From a virus (lineage: Duplodnaviria > Heunggongvirae > Uroviricota > Caudoviricetes), in the IMG/VR virus record IMGVR_UViG_3300035208_002853, positions 88,033-145,414 of that record: 57,382 nt of DNA; one strand, 5' to 3'. Positions 17,610 to 26,513 of this stretch are shown in pieces. Under the pieces are notes generated by a model. The model was not told the origin of the DNA. It saw nothing but the letters and a program-made list of their open reading frames with translations, and did no database searches. Made by a program: the position numbers and the translations under genes. The first letter of the stretch is position 1, and each line of letters begins with the position of its first letter.

Positions 17610-18407
17610 ATGTCAACTATTTTACCATCCAAATGGAATTCTTGGTTATACGAGTTTTCTAAAAAGGCTCAAATTCTTTTTTCAAGAACAGAATTTGAGA
17701 TGACTGCATCGGGGAAGAGAAAGGTTGGAACGCTTCATCTAGATCCGACCAACTTTGATACGCAACTGGAACAATTAACCAACAGGGGATTATGTTTTGT
17801 TCCAATTTTTAGATCTAAAAGAGTAGAAGGATTCAGTCATAATTTAGAAATTGAAGACAAAATATATAAAGATACAGTTGTTTATGGGGTGATTTCAACC
17901 AATTTAGAGTGCGCAAAAGAGTTTAGAGATTTATATAAAACCAAGGATTCCGTAATTAGTCCAGATCATAGAAAAATTGGAGATCTTTTGGGGTATCCTT
18001 CTTGTTGTTCGTCTTTTTTTGATGAGAATTTTAAAGATGACAAAGACCCTATTTTTAAGATGGCATCTAATTCGGACCCAGCATCAAAGAACTTTTGCTA
18101 TAAAATAAACAATCTTGTAAGAGAAAATGCTATCCATCTCAGATATTTTGGTTTTAGGGTTATACCTTGGGTTCCATGTTCATATTACTGCGGAGAAAGT
18201 TTGAAATATTCTAAACAGTGGATAGATTTAATGTATGAATTAGACCATGACGTTACCGAAAAATTACTGGAAATTCTATCAACTCCAGGCGAATTTAGTT
18301 TAGTAAACGGTCAAATGTTATGGAAATCTGATTTATTCATTGGAATGTGCGATGCGCTAGAGGATTATTATATTGAGCCCAGGAGAATAACAATTTCTGG
18401 TGAATAA
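17610..18407 (+). CDS. DUF483-like protein of unknown function
   Basis: IGDLLGYPSCC..FF and PWVPCSYYC motifs. Confidence 0.55.
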   Translation: MSTILPSKWNSWLYEFSKKAQILFSRTEFEMTASGKRKVGTLHLDPTNFDTQLEQLTNRGLCFVPIFRSKRVEGFSHNLEIEDKIYKDTVVYGVISTNLECAKEFRDLYKTKDSVISPDHRKIGDLLGYPSCCSSFFDENFKDDKDPIFKMASNSDPASKNFCYKINNLVRENAIHLRYFGFRVIPWVPCSYYCGESLKYSKQWIDLMYELDHDVTEKLLEILSTPGEFSLVNGQMLWKSDLFIGMCDALEDYYIEPRRITISGE

Positions 18408-19205
18408 ATGACCAAAACAAACATTGCCGGAATTTTTACAATAAGAAACGCGGTTGATGCTGGATATCCGTTCGTAGAGTCTATTTTATCCGCACTTTCT
18501 TTTTGTGATTCTATTCTTGTAAACGACGGAGGCTCAAATGATGGAACCCTTCAATACCTTTTTAAGTTGAAAGAATTATATCCACAAATTAAAATATATA
18601 AAATTCTAGACGTAGGGAAAGTTCGCTGGCAAGCTATAGATGATGTTTTGAATGTATTAATTAAAAAGGTTGATACTGATTGGATATTTGAACTCCAGGG
18701 CGACGAAATGTTTCACGAAAAAGATGTAAATTTAATAAAAAATATAATAAACAATACAAAATGTAATGGAATTCGTAGCTCTCGTGTAGATTTAACTTCG
18801 TGGGATACAGATGTAAATAAACCTACATATAAAATGGGAACCATGAGATTAGTAAGAAATATTGATGGTCTTACCTCTGACTGGGGAGGCGATCATTTTA
18901 CTATAAATCATAACCCTTTTCCAAGAAAAGGGTTTACTCTTCATAATGTTCCACCCGAATATGACGCCCTAAACTTAAACTTATATCATTTTTGTGATAT
19001 ATTCCCTGGAAATTCAAAAATTAAAGCGAAAAGACATGCCGAACATCTTGCGTGTACTGCTCCAGAAAGAATAAGCGCTTATGATTCAAGAAAAAATTCT
19101 CATATTCATAAAACACAATCAAAAAATATAAGTCAATTTCCTTTGTTAATGCAAGGATTATGCGGCTCGCAATATTACAATGTAAGGGAAGAATTGTTGA
19201 AATGA
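18408..19205 (+). CDS. Glycosyltransferase family 2 (GT-A fold)
   Basis: YPFVESILS...CDSILVNDGGSNDGT...DWIFELQGDE. Confidence 0.85.
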   Translation: MTKTNIAGIFTIRNAVDAGYPFVESILSALSFCDSILVNDGGSNDGTLQYLFKLKELYPQIKIYKILDVGKVRWQAIDDVLNVLIKKVDTDWIFELQGDEMFHEKDVNLIKNIINNTKCNGIRSSRVDLTSWDTDVNKPTYKMGTMRLVRNIDGLTSDWGGDHFTINHNPFPRKGFTLHNVPPEYDALNLNLYHFCDIFPGNSKIKAKRHAEHLACTAPERISAYDSRKNSHIHKTQSKNISQFPLLMQGLCGSQYYNVREELLK

Positions 19206-19807
19206 TAATTGAATTAGGGGATTATGAAGCGGAAATAAATTGCTTATATTGCGGTAGAACGGAGTATACTGAACAATTGGTATATCCACGCCAAGGACGC
19301 GACAGGAATGGGCAAATAAAAAGTAATTTGTTCGGAGTGTATGCCACTCAGTATAAAGAAGTTGCCGCGTCTCATGCCGTAACATTTAACGTTGACGGGT
19401 TTGTAGAGTTTAATAAATATGGATATCTTTATATATTAAACCCAGACGATTTTGTCCAGTTAGATTCCTGGCGATTCATAAGTTATGATCCAGTAAAGCC
19501 TATTACATTTGAAATTGTTAAACCAATAGAATATTTACATAATATATTAAACGGAGAATGGCAAGGAACAACCTCTTATGGAACTAAAAAATTGGTATTA
19601 AAATTTAATTCATCAAAAACTATAAAAACAGAGAAGGATGATTATATGATAAATGAGTTGAGCGATCCAAAAGTTGTTGCTAAAGAAATTTTACATAATG
19701 AAATTTTGGAAGTTATAGATAAATTTGAAGAAGGTAAAATAGAACCCAGTATTTTGTGCGATATGTTAAGAAAGCTTGATAAAAATTGGGAAGAGTTCAT
19801 TGAGTGA
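19202..19807 (+). CDS. Hypothetical protein
   Basis: ATGA-coupled to GT2; CLYCG motif (ORF track start 19160). Confidence 0.6.
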   Translation: MIIELGDYEAEINCLYCGRTEYTEQLVYPRQGRDRNGQIKSNLFGVYATQYKEVAASHAVTFNVDGFVEFNKYGYLYILNPDDFVQLDSWRFISYDPVKPITFEIVKPIEYLHNILNGEWQGTTSYGTKKLVLKFNSSKTIKTEKDDYMINELSDPKVVAKEILHNEILEVIDKFEEGKIEPSILCDMLRKLDKNWEEFIE

Positions 19808-20019
19808 CAAATACATTTAATGGGACCCAAGTAGTAGTAAAAACCGCCAGGTCTTTATCTTTGTTTTTTTCTAAAAATTCCTTTATTTTGTTAGGGCAAT
19901 CCGAGGCGAATATTACACTTTTAGGAAAGGTATTTTCTTTGTTACACACAAAGAACCTAAATTTACAAGATGTCATAGAAACATAGTTTAGTTTTTAAGA
20001 TATATAAATGTTATTACAA

Positions 20020-20043
20020 TTTATTTAATTCACTTTTTTAAAA
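20020..20043 (+). promoter_or_regulatory. Conserved late-module motif, copy 1 (TTTATTTAATTCACTTTTTTAAAA)
   Basis: One of 7 similar copies upstream of structural genes. Confidence 0.6.
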
Positions 20044-20077
20044 CAAAGAATATGTAATAAATTAAAAATCATTATTT

Positions 20078-20518
20078 ATGACAATTCCAATTAAAGGCGG
20101 CGTTAAAACTATAATTAGCTCTGCTGCGGTGACATCTTCTGGAGTATCTGAAGAATTTGCGCTTTTGGATCACGTAAAATCTCTTATTGTCCAACTAGAC
20201 GTGACCGCGGCAGCTACAGAGGTAGGAGATATTCTTGCCGTATGGCTCCAAGGAACCGTAGATGGCACGAACTTTTATGATATAGGAAGGTTCGCAGATA
20301 TTCTTGGGAATGGGAACTCTAAGAGATATGTCATGGTACTCAATAGAGAATATGCCGCCGAAAGTGAGTTAATAACTCCAACCGACGCGGCAATGAGCGC
20401 TTCCACCGTAGGCCAAGGGCCGTTCCCTGATACTCTTAGGGTCAAGTATACCGTAACTGACGCGGGGGCAGATAATGCGTCTTTTACTTTTGGTATAGTT
20501 ATTAATTCAATAAGATAG
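20078..20518 (+). CDS. Putative small beta-rich virion protein
   Basis: LDVTAAA...LQGTVDGTNFYD pattern seen in phage structural proteins; preceded by the late motif. Confidence 0.5.
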   Translation: MTIPIKGGVKTIISSAAVTSSGVSEEFALLDHVKSLIVQLDVTAAATEVGDILAVWLQGTVDGTNFYDIGRFADILGNGNSKRYVMVLNREYAAESELITPTDAAMSASTVGQGPFPDTLRVKYTVTDAGADNASFTFGIVINSIR

Positions 20519-20579
20519 ATACCGCAACCTTTATATCCAATCCCATCCAATTCTAAATTAATCTATTTTAAGAAGAAGG

Positions 20580-21194
20580 ATGGCGAAAAATATGGATACC
20601 ACCAAACTTGATTGGTCTCTCTTCACAAACCAAGAGAAAGAAATTTCTACGATTAATAATGAACTATACGCGCTCCGCAAACAGAAATATCCTGAATACC
20701 GGGATTCCTATTATCGATATTATAATGAATTTGGCATGAGGGGTATGATTGGAGATCTTTATAGAAAATTTGATAGATTGAAAATTATGTCGGAGAGTTA
20801 TTTTGACTCAGAAATAGTCAGTAAAGAAAAAGAAATTACCGACCAATTTTATGACATTATTTCCTACTGTCAACTTCAATTGTATTGGCTGAGGAAGGAG
20901 AAGTGGGGAGGAGAGGAAAAGCATAATACTGGCGACCTTTGGAGTAATACAACTTCAGGGGATTTAAAATTACACACAAGGAAAGATGGTATAAGCGTTG
21001 TGTATGTCCCCGCTCAATCGGTTGTCCCAAGCAATATTATTGGTCGTGGCGCAAAAATTCTCGACGAGATTGTTAAAACTATGCCCGATAAAGGATTGAC
21101 GATAACGCTTACTATGCGGATTCCAAATGATATAGACGAAAAGAAGCTGCGTAAATTAATCGCAGGTAAACTTCAAGAAAACTTGGGGAGATAG
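20580..21194 (+). CDS. DUF1599 / nucleotide-modification-associated domain protein
   Basis: K..Y.DSY...G..G.IGDLYRKFDRLK...E.ITD.FYDII.Y. Confidence 0.6.
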   Translation: MAKNMDTTKLDWSLFTNQEKEISTINNELYALRKQKYPEYRDSYYRYYNEFGMRGMIGDLYRKFDRLKIMSESYFDSEIVSKEKEITDQFYDIISYCQLQLYWLRKEKWGGEEKHNTGDLWSNTTSGDLKLHTRKDGISVVYVPAQSVVPSNIIGRGAKILDEIVKTMPDKGLTITLTMRIPNDIDEKKLRKLIAGKLQENLGR

Positions 21195-21198
21195 AAAT

Positions 21199-21846
21199 AT
21201 GTTTTCTGTTTCCGCCAGTAAAATTACAACGTATCACTCCTGCCCCCGAAAATTCTATTTACAATATATTTTAAAACTAAAAGAGCCTACAGAATCCCCG
21301 TGGCTTGAATTAGGAAGTAGGGTTCACTCTAAATTGGCAGACGGAATATTTGAGTCAGATGACCCAACCGAGAAGATATTACTTCAAAACGGAAAGAAAT
21401 TCTTGGACTCTATGCCGAAAAACCCGATACGTGAGACCTCATATTCTGATCCAGGAAATCCCGGACGCTTTTATGGAGAGGTCTGCGGGCAAAAGGCGGT
21501 AGGGATTTTCGATATCCATTGGGAGCCGGAAATATCAGAGGGCGGTGATTTCAAGACGGGTCAATTTTGGAAGTCTTATACCTCTCATTTTGATATGCAG
21601 GCGTGGATTCTTAATGAGTTGTTCAAGCAAAAATACGATCAACCTTTGAAGAGATTTTGTTTCGCATTCCTAAAAGATGGATCGGTATATGAACCAGAGT
21701 GTATAAAAGACGAAAAATCGAATAAAAAAGTTGAAAAGTCTATTAAAAAGATTCTTTTTAATATAGAAGAGGGGAATTATCCCAAAAAATGCGGCAATCT
21801 TTGTGATAAATGTGGTCTGAACATGTTTTGTAGCATGGATCTCTGA
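21199..21846 (+). CDS. PD-(D/E)xK RecB/Cas4-like exonuclease
   Basis: SASKITTYHSCPRKF, GSRVH, GIFD, DFKTG, Q, and C-terminal CxxxCxxC...C. Confidence 0.85.
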   Translation: MFSVSASKITTYHSCPRKFYLQYILKLKEPTESPWLELGSRVHSKLADGIFESDDPTEKILLQNGKKFLDSMPKNPIRETSYSDPGNPGRFYGEVCGQKAVGIFDIHWEPEISEGGDFKTGQFWKSYTSHFDMQAWILNELFKQKYDQPLKRFCFAFLKDGSVYEPECIKDEKSNKKVEKSIKKILFNIEEGNYPKKCGNLCDKCGLNMFCSMDL

Positions 21847-21857
21847 GGTTTTCCCCC

Positions 21858-22151
21858 ATGATTAAAGACCCTTTAATAGCTAAAGACGACCAAAACGTTT
21901 ATTGCCCGACCTGGACACAACTTTTAGGGAAGAAAACTACTTGTCTACAACACAATTGTACCAATTTTATACCAGATCAAGAGGTAGAAGGAGAAACTTT
22001 AGAGGGATTTTGTCGAAAAGAGGGTATACTCGATGCATTAAATAGCATCATTGTCTCTTTGGGAGTTCTCTCGGGCCAGATAGATTTGACTTATCCAGAA
22101 GATCCCAATGCAGAACCCCCAAAAGAGCCAGAAAGGGATCTATATAACTAA
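21858..22151 (+). CDS. Hypothetical Cys-containing protein
   Basis: GAGGT SD; CP..C...C...C. Confidence 0.6.
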   Translation: MIKDPLIAKDDQNVYCPTWTQLLGKKTTCLQHNCTNFIPDQEVEGETLEGFCRKEGILDALNSIIVSLGVLSGQIDLTYPEDPNAEPPKEPERDLYN

Positions 22152-22353
22152 ATTAAATGACTTTATTATCCAATTTTCAGTATTAATGGTCGGGTTAATC
22201 TCGATCGCGATTGGCCGTATCTTGGGCGCTTTACACTCCAATATTGATCAAATTTTGTCTAATTTCTTAATTTTTGGTGGATTATTAGTAATAATTTGCC
22301 TATTTGTAACAATTATTCTTACTTGGAGGCGAAAATCTGCGCAAAACCTGTAA
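22108..22353 (+). CDS. Small two-TM membrane protein (start uncertain)
   Basis: Two hydrophobic spans. Confidence 0.45.
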   Translation: MQNPQKSQKGIYITKLNDFIIQFSVLMVGLISIAIGRILGALHSNIDQILSNFLIFGGLLVIICLFVTIILTWRRKSAQNL

Positions 22354-22492
22354 AATATGTGGTTGTAGAGTCCAATCTAGGGAGGCGATTTTATGCTCAG
22401 CGTGTTCTGACGAGGTAATCGCCGCTAAAATAGTCGGAAAACGAACTAAAAAGAGGGATTATTGGGAGGAGATGATCGAAAACTTTATATAG
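22337..22492 (+). CDS. Possible 51-aa Zn-ribbon protein (CTG start; CKIC...CSAC)
   Basis: Manual translation; GGAGG 7 nt upstream; non-canonical start. Confidence 0.4.
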   Translation: MRKTCKICGCRVQSREAILCSACSDEVIAAKIVGKRTKKRDYWEEMIENFI

Positions 22493-22537
22493 TATTAGAT
22501 ATATTAACACATAATATATTTTTAGTTAGGTGTTAAT

Positions 22538-22699
22538 ATGGATAAAATTAGAACAAGTGTTACTTTACTTCCCGCCACCTTAGAATGGATATCGGGAAAG
22601 GTCCAGCGGTGTACTTTTAGTTCTACAAGTCATGCTATCGATTACCTAGTCGCTGAGGCGAAAAGAAAGGAGGATTTAAATGGCGAAGAGAATCCCTGA
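22538..22699 (+). CDS. Ribbon-helix-helix protein, 53 aa, paralogue of 14460-14603 (not in ORF track)
   Basis: RTSVTLLPATLEWISGKVQRCTFSSTSHAIDYLV; promoter AAAACTTTATATAGTATTAGA at 22479-22499. Confidence 0.8.
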   Translation: MDKIRTSVTLLPATLEWISGKVQRCTFSSTSHAIDYLVAEAKRKEDLNGEENP

Positions 22700-23570
22700 A
22701 GAGGGGAGGAATCTAATTTGTAAATTATATCTCCAAGGAGAGTCTTTGAAGTTCATAAAAGGAAAATTTAATACGTGCGACGGGACCATTTACAATATAT
22801 TAAAAGAAAACAACATTACCCAAAATCGCAGGGTAAAGGATCGTAGCTCTTGTTATAAAAAAGAATACAAGAAAAAGTATCGTGATGAGCATATTGAAGA
22901 GAGTAAAGAGTGGCACAAAAAGTATCGTGAGGATAACAAGGAAGTTATCAGGGAAAAGCAAAGAGAATATGACTCGAAACATAAAGAACAAAAGAAGGAA
23001 TATAACAAAACAAATAAGGATAAGCGCAGTAAGATTCAAAAAGAACATATGCAGGATTTAAAACATATAGCGCTAAATATGCTTGGTGGATGTAAGTGTT
23101 TTTTATGTGGAGATACCACCATAGAACATCTCACTATAGACCACATAGATAATACTGGACACATAGACAGAAAGATGGGGTTAAAGGCGAAAAGGTTATA
23201 TTTAACTATTGCTCAAGGAAGATACCCTGAAAATAAAATTTCAAATTTAAGAGTTTTGTGTTGGAATCATAATTGTGGACGAAGGAGGGAATATTTAGAT
23301 CTTCCATCGAAAGATCAAACCGTTGGACAAAGATATCGGACCAAGATTTGGAAAGAGGCTTTTGATTTCTTCGGTCCGTGCCGCTGTGGAATTTCTGACT
23401 TAAAGTTTTTGTCGATATCCCATATTAATAATGACGGTGCGGAACGGAGACGCAAAGGTGAGCCTTTGGGACCAAATCTATTATCTAAATTTCGTCAAGT
23501 GGGGTGGCCAGAATCTTTAAAGGAAGAATTTTGCTTAGAGTGCTTTAACCATAATTGTAAGAAGTTTTAA
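22680..23570 (+). CDS. Free-standing endonuclease with tandem HNH-like domains
   Basis: CFLCG..LTIDHI...VLCWNHNC, then a second C.CG..HINNDG...CFNHNC; Lys/Glu-rich linker. Confidence 0.85.
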   Translation: MAKRIPEEGRNLICKLYLQGESLKFIKGKFNTCDGTIYNILKENNITQNRRVKDRSSCYKKEYKKKYRDEHIEESKEWHKKYREDNKEVIREKQREYDSKHKEQKKEYNKTNKDKRSKIQKEHMQDLKHIALNMLGGCKCFLCGDTTIEHLTIDHIDNTGHIDRKMGLKAKRLYLTIAQGRYPENKISNLRVLCWNHNCGRRREYLDLPSKDQTVGQRYRTKIWKEAFDFFGPCRCGISDLKFLSISHINNDGAERRRKGEPLGPNLLSKFRQVGWPESLKEEFCLECFNHNCKKF

Positions 23571-23633
23571 GAGATTCTATCATATTTTTCCGAGAGAAAC
23601 CTATAAATAGTATTAAATATATTATAATAAAAC

Positions 23634-24146
23634 ATGCCGCATAAATCCCGAAAGCGCCGCAAAGAATATAAAAAAAACTGGGTCAAAAAGAACAAAAATA
23701 AACAAAAATCATACAACCAAAAATATCGTCAAAAAATTAAAGATTTTTACAAAGAAATTAAAGAAAACTCCTTTTGTGTTCTTTGTGACGAGGCAGATGT
23801 TATTGATTTTCACCACATTAAAGATAAAGAATTTTCAATTTATAGTGGGGTGAAAGCTGGGGTTTCGGTCTCTAAACTAAAAGAGGAACTTAAGAAAACT
23901 ATAAGTTGTTGCCCGAGTTGCCATCGTAAAATTCATCTAGGATTGTTGAATCGAAATGCGCGAGCAAAATATGAAAAGATTTTAATAGAATTTGGGGTGG
24001 ATTATAGATATCTACCGAAAGAAGAATTAGAAAACAACAAAGAAAACGGATTCTCGAATATTCACAACGATCCTCCCAAATTCTCACAAAAGAAGTCTCA
24101 AAAGAAAATTCTTCCACATATTAACGAGGATGGTACCATTCGATAA
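23634..24146 (+). CDS. HNH endonuclease
   Basis: CVLC..IDFHHI...CPSCHRKIH; own TATA (23602-23609), leaderless. Confidence 0.8.
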   Translation: MPHKSRKRRKEYKKNWVKKNKNKQKSYNQKYRQKIKDFYKEIKENSFCVLCDEADVIDFHHIKDKEFSIYSGVKAGVSVSKLKEELKKTISCCPSCHRKIHLGLLNRNARAKYEKILIEFGVDYRYLPKEELENNKENGFSNIHNDPPKFSQKKSQKKILPHINEDGTIR

Positions 24147-24177
24147 CTATTTATAGTATGAAATCTATTTTACTCGT

Positions 24178-24483
24178 ATGTTTAAAATGCTAGATACGAT
24201 TAACTGTGAGAGTTGTTGCTATGAACTTCGCTTGATTATTGACGATGAGAATTTTCTAACAATGCCTTCTGACGCTTTGGACGAACTTAATAATGTTGGT
24301 GCAGAATTTGACTTTGCAGAGAGTTTTCATGCTGATGATCCAGAAGAGGACAGCTATCTTATTATGGGGACTCTCCGCACCACCGATATTTTCGAAACCC
24401 TAATGGAACTTGAAGATTGTGATTGGGTCCTTCCAACCGTGGGCTGCGCGTGCTGCGGAAAGTCGTTAGATAAGACTGAGTAG
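24178..24483 (+). CDS. Hypothetical acidic protein
   Basis: ORF behind a TATA-like element. Confidence 0.55.
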   Translation: MFKMLDTINCESCCYELRLIIDDENFLTMPSDALDELNNVGAEFDFAESFHADDPEEDSYLIMGTLRTTDIFETLMELEDCDWVLPTVGCACCGKSLDKTE

Positions 24484-24499
24484 AAAACATTTTTTTTTA

Positions 24500-24964
24500 A
24501 TGGAGTCCGAAATGATTTCCCCAATTAATATTTTAAGTGTAACTCAGAAAGATGGTTATGAAATTAGGAATGAAGAATACTCTAATGCGGATTTTGGAGG
24601 CGAAGGAACAATAACTATGGAAATGGCCTATACTCCTTCTGGAGATTTTATTGGAGATCCTCGGATGGCCAAAGCGTTAGTTGAAAAATGGGGAATTGCT
24701 CCAGAAAAATCCGACCCATCTCATTCCATCTGCTCGATTGGTTGGGCAGAAGAATCTCAGAAATATTTCGGATGGTCTCACCGCGCGATTTATGGTTTTA
24801 AAATTGGAGATGTAGTTAAAGAGGGAGACTCAACTGCTGCGCCCGAAGGGGTCTCCCCGAGCGATAGTCCCGATGCTAAATATGGATTACCCATTGGATT
24901 TGTTGCCAAAACCAAAGAAGATTGTAGAAGGATGGCAATAGCTTTTGCTCAATCAGTGTCTTAA
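24500..24964 (+). CDS. Conserved viral hypothetical protein (GWSHRAIYGF motif)
   Basis: Q.Y.GWSHRA..GF.IGD...AKT.ED...MA..FA.SVS recalled from large phages. Confidence 0.7.
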   Translation: MESEMISPINILSVTQKDGYEIRNEEYSNADFGGEGTITMEMAYTPSGDFIGDPRMAKALVEKWGIAPEKSDPSHSICSIGWAEESQKYFGWSHRAIYGFKIGDVVKEGDSTAAPEGVSPSDSPDAKYGLPIGFVAKTKEDCRRMAIAFAQSVS

Positions 24965-25162
24965 AACATACATCAATGTTTTTATCTATACATCATTTAA
25001 AATTCGAATGCGCGGGGATTTCTTGGAATTAGGATATAGATATGTAACTTAGGCAAGATTTGATTTAATTCGCGAGATGAATAGAAAAGGCTAAATAGTA
25101 TTAGATAAATAGTCATAATTGTTAAAAACGATTGATCTCCGTAAGGGATCAAAAAAAGGTGA

Positions 25163-25429
25163 TTGGAAATGAAATACACGAACGCGCTCAAGGATATTCT
25201 TGAAGACTCGATGCATAAGCATCTAAAAATTGTAACGAAGGTTGGAACAATACACGACGGATTTCTCCAAAGTTATGGGGAATTCCAGATTATAATTTCA
25301 AACAACACAACCAGCCTAATAAATGTTAAAGACATTGCCGTAATTGAGATGCTCAATTGCAGTCTGTCTAGTTACGAAAGACATTGGGATAGAGAAACGT
25401 GGCCGGATGGAATTCCCGGAACGCCTTAG
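25163..25429 (+). CDS. Possible Sm/LSm-fold protein
   Basis: Helix followed by K.KIVTKVG..HDGFL.SY.EF.III...LIN..DI..IE pattern. Confidence 0.4.
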   Translation: MEMKYTNALKDILEDSMHKHLKIVTKVGTIHDGFLQSYGEFQIIISNNTTSLINVKDIAVIEMLNCSLSSYERHWDRETWPDGIPGTP

Positions 25430-25589
25430 ATAACCTTAAATAGTATTAGACCTATAAACAATGTGCTTGACGGGTATGAATTTTAAGTAATCTTTTCATG
25501 CGGATCACCGTCAAGTATTTCTCCTTTTCTAATATATTGTTTTAATGGAAAGATTTAAATATCATTAAAATAATATACTTCTGATCCAT

Positions 25590-26465
25590 ATGAAAAGTAA
25601 TCCCGTTTTAGATCCTGATATGACTTATAGAAATAAGGAATGGCTATATGAACAATATTGGGTTTTAAATAAACCGATTTCTAGTATAGCAGAAGAATGT
25701 GGAGTTTCTGAATCTTGTATTTATAAATATATTTTAAAAGTTTCTAAAACAATAAATATTCCACTTAAAAAGTCTATCGGCTTGGATACATTTAAAAATG
25801 AGGAATGGTTGCGAAATGAGTATTCTATAAAGTCCACGATTGTAATTGCAAAAGAATGTGGTGTAAGTCCAAGTACTATTTCGAGATGTATGAAAGAATT
25901 TAATATTAAAAGTAGAACGATTAGTGAGGCCAAGAAAGGAAAACCTATGCCGGAAGACACAAAAATCAAAATAAGTATAGCGAATAGAGGAAAACAGAAC
26001 AGTCTTGGATATAAACACACAAAAGAGTCTAAGCTAAAAATAGGGGCAGCGGCGAAAGGGAATAAGTGGAATGTAGGCAAGAAAAGTTCCAAAGAAACGA
26101 GAGAAAAACAAAGCAGATCCCTCCTAGCGCGGCTGGGAGGTGTTTCTTTTCTGCCATATTGTTCTAAGTTTAACAGAGCGAGAAGGGAAGAAATCAGAAT
26201 AAAATTTGGTAGGGTATGTTTTATCTGTGGGAAAACTGAGGATGAAAATGGACAAAGATTAGATGTCCACCATTGCGACTATAACAAAGGTCAAGGATGC
26301 GGAACAAAATGGAATTTAGTTGCCTTATGTTCATCTTGCCACGGGCATACGGGTGGTAATCGATGGTATTGGTTTAATTTGTTGTCTAATTACTGGTTAT
26401 GTAATCAATCTATTCATTTGAATGAGAATATATTTTATTACCCATTCTCACATAATTTTATTTAA
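25590..26465 (+). CDS. HNH homing endonuclease with HTH and NUMOD3 repeats
   Basis: NKEWL..IA.ECGVS x2; H..E.K.KI NUMOD3-type repeats; CFICG..LDVHHCDYNK..LCSSCH. Confidence 0.9.
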   Translation: MKSNPVLDPDMTYRNKEWLYEQYWVLNKPISSIAEECGVSESCIYKYILKVSKTINIPLKKSIGLDTFKNEEWLRNEYSIKSTIVIAKECGVSPSTISRCMKEFNIKSRTISEAKKGKPMPEDTKIKISIANRGKQNSLGYKHTKESKLKIGAAAKGNKWNVGKKSSKETREKQSRSLLARLGGVSFLPYCSKFNRARREEIRIKFGRVCFICGKTEDENGQRLDVHHCDYNKGQGCGTKWNLVALCSSCHGHTGGNRWYWFNLLSNYWLCNQSIHLNENIFYYPFSHNFI

Positions 26466-26481
26466 TTCGTTTTTTTAAAAT
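26456..26481 (+). promoter_or_regulatory. Conserved late-module motif, copy 2
   Basis: TTTTATTTAATTCGTTTTTTTAAAAT upstream of the head operon. Confidence 0.6.
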
Positions 26482-26513
26482 ATAACTTATCTATCGCTTG
26501 GACAACCTTAATA

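Noticed and set aside
21199-21846. CRISPR-Cas locus
   Set aside because: Solo Cas4/RecB-like nuclease with no cas1/cas2 or array
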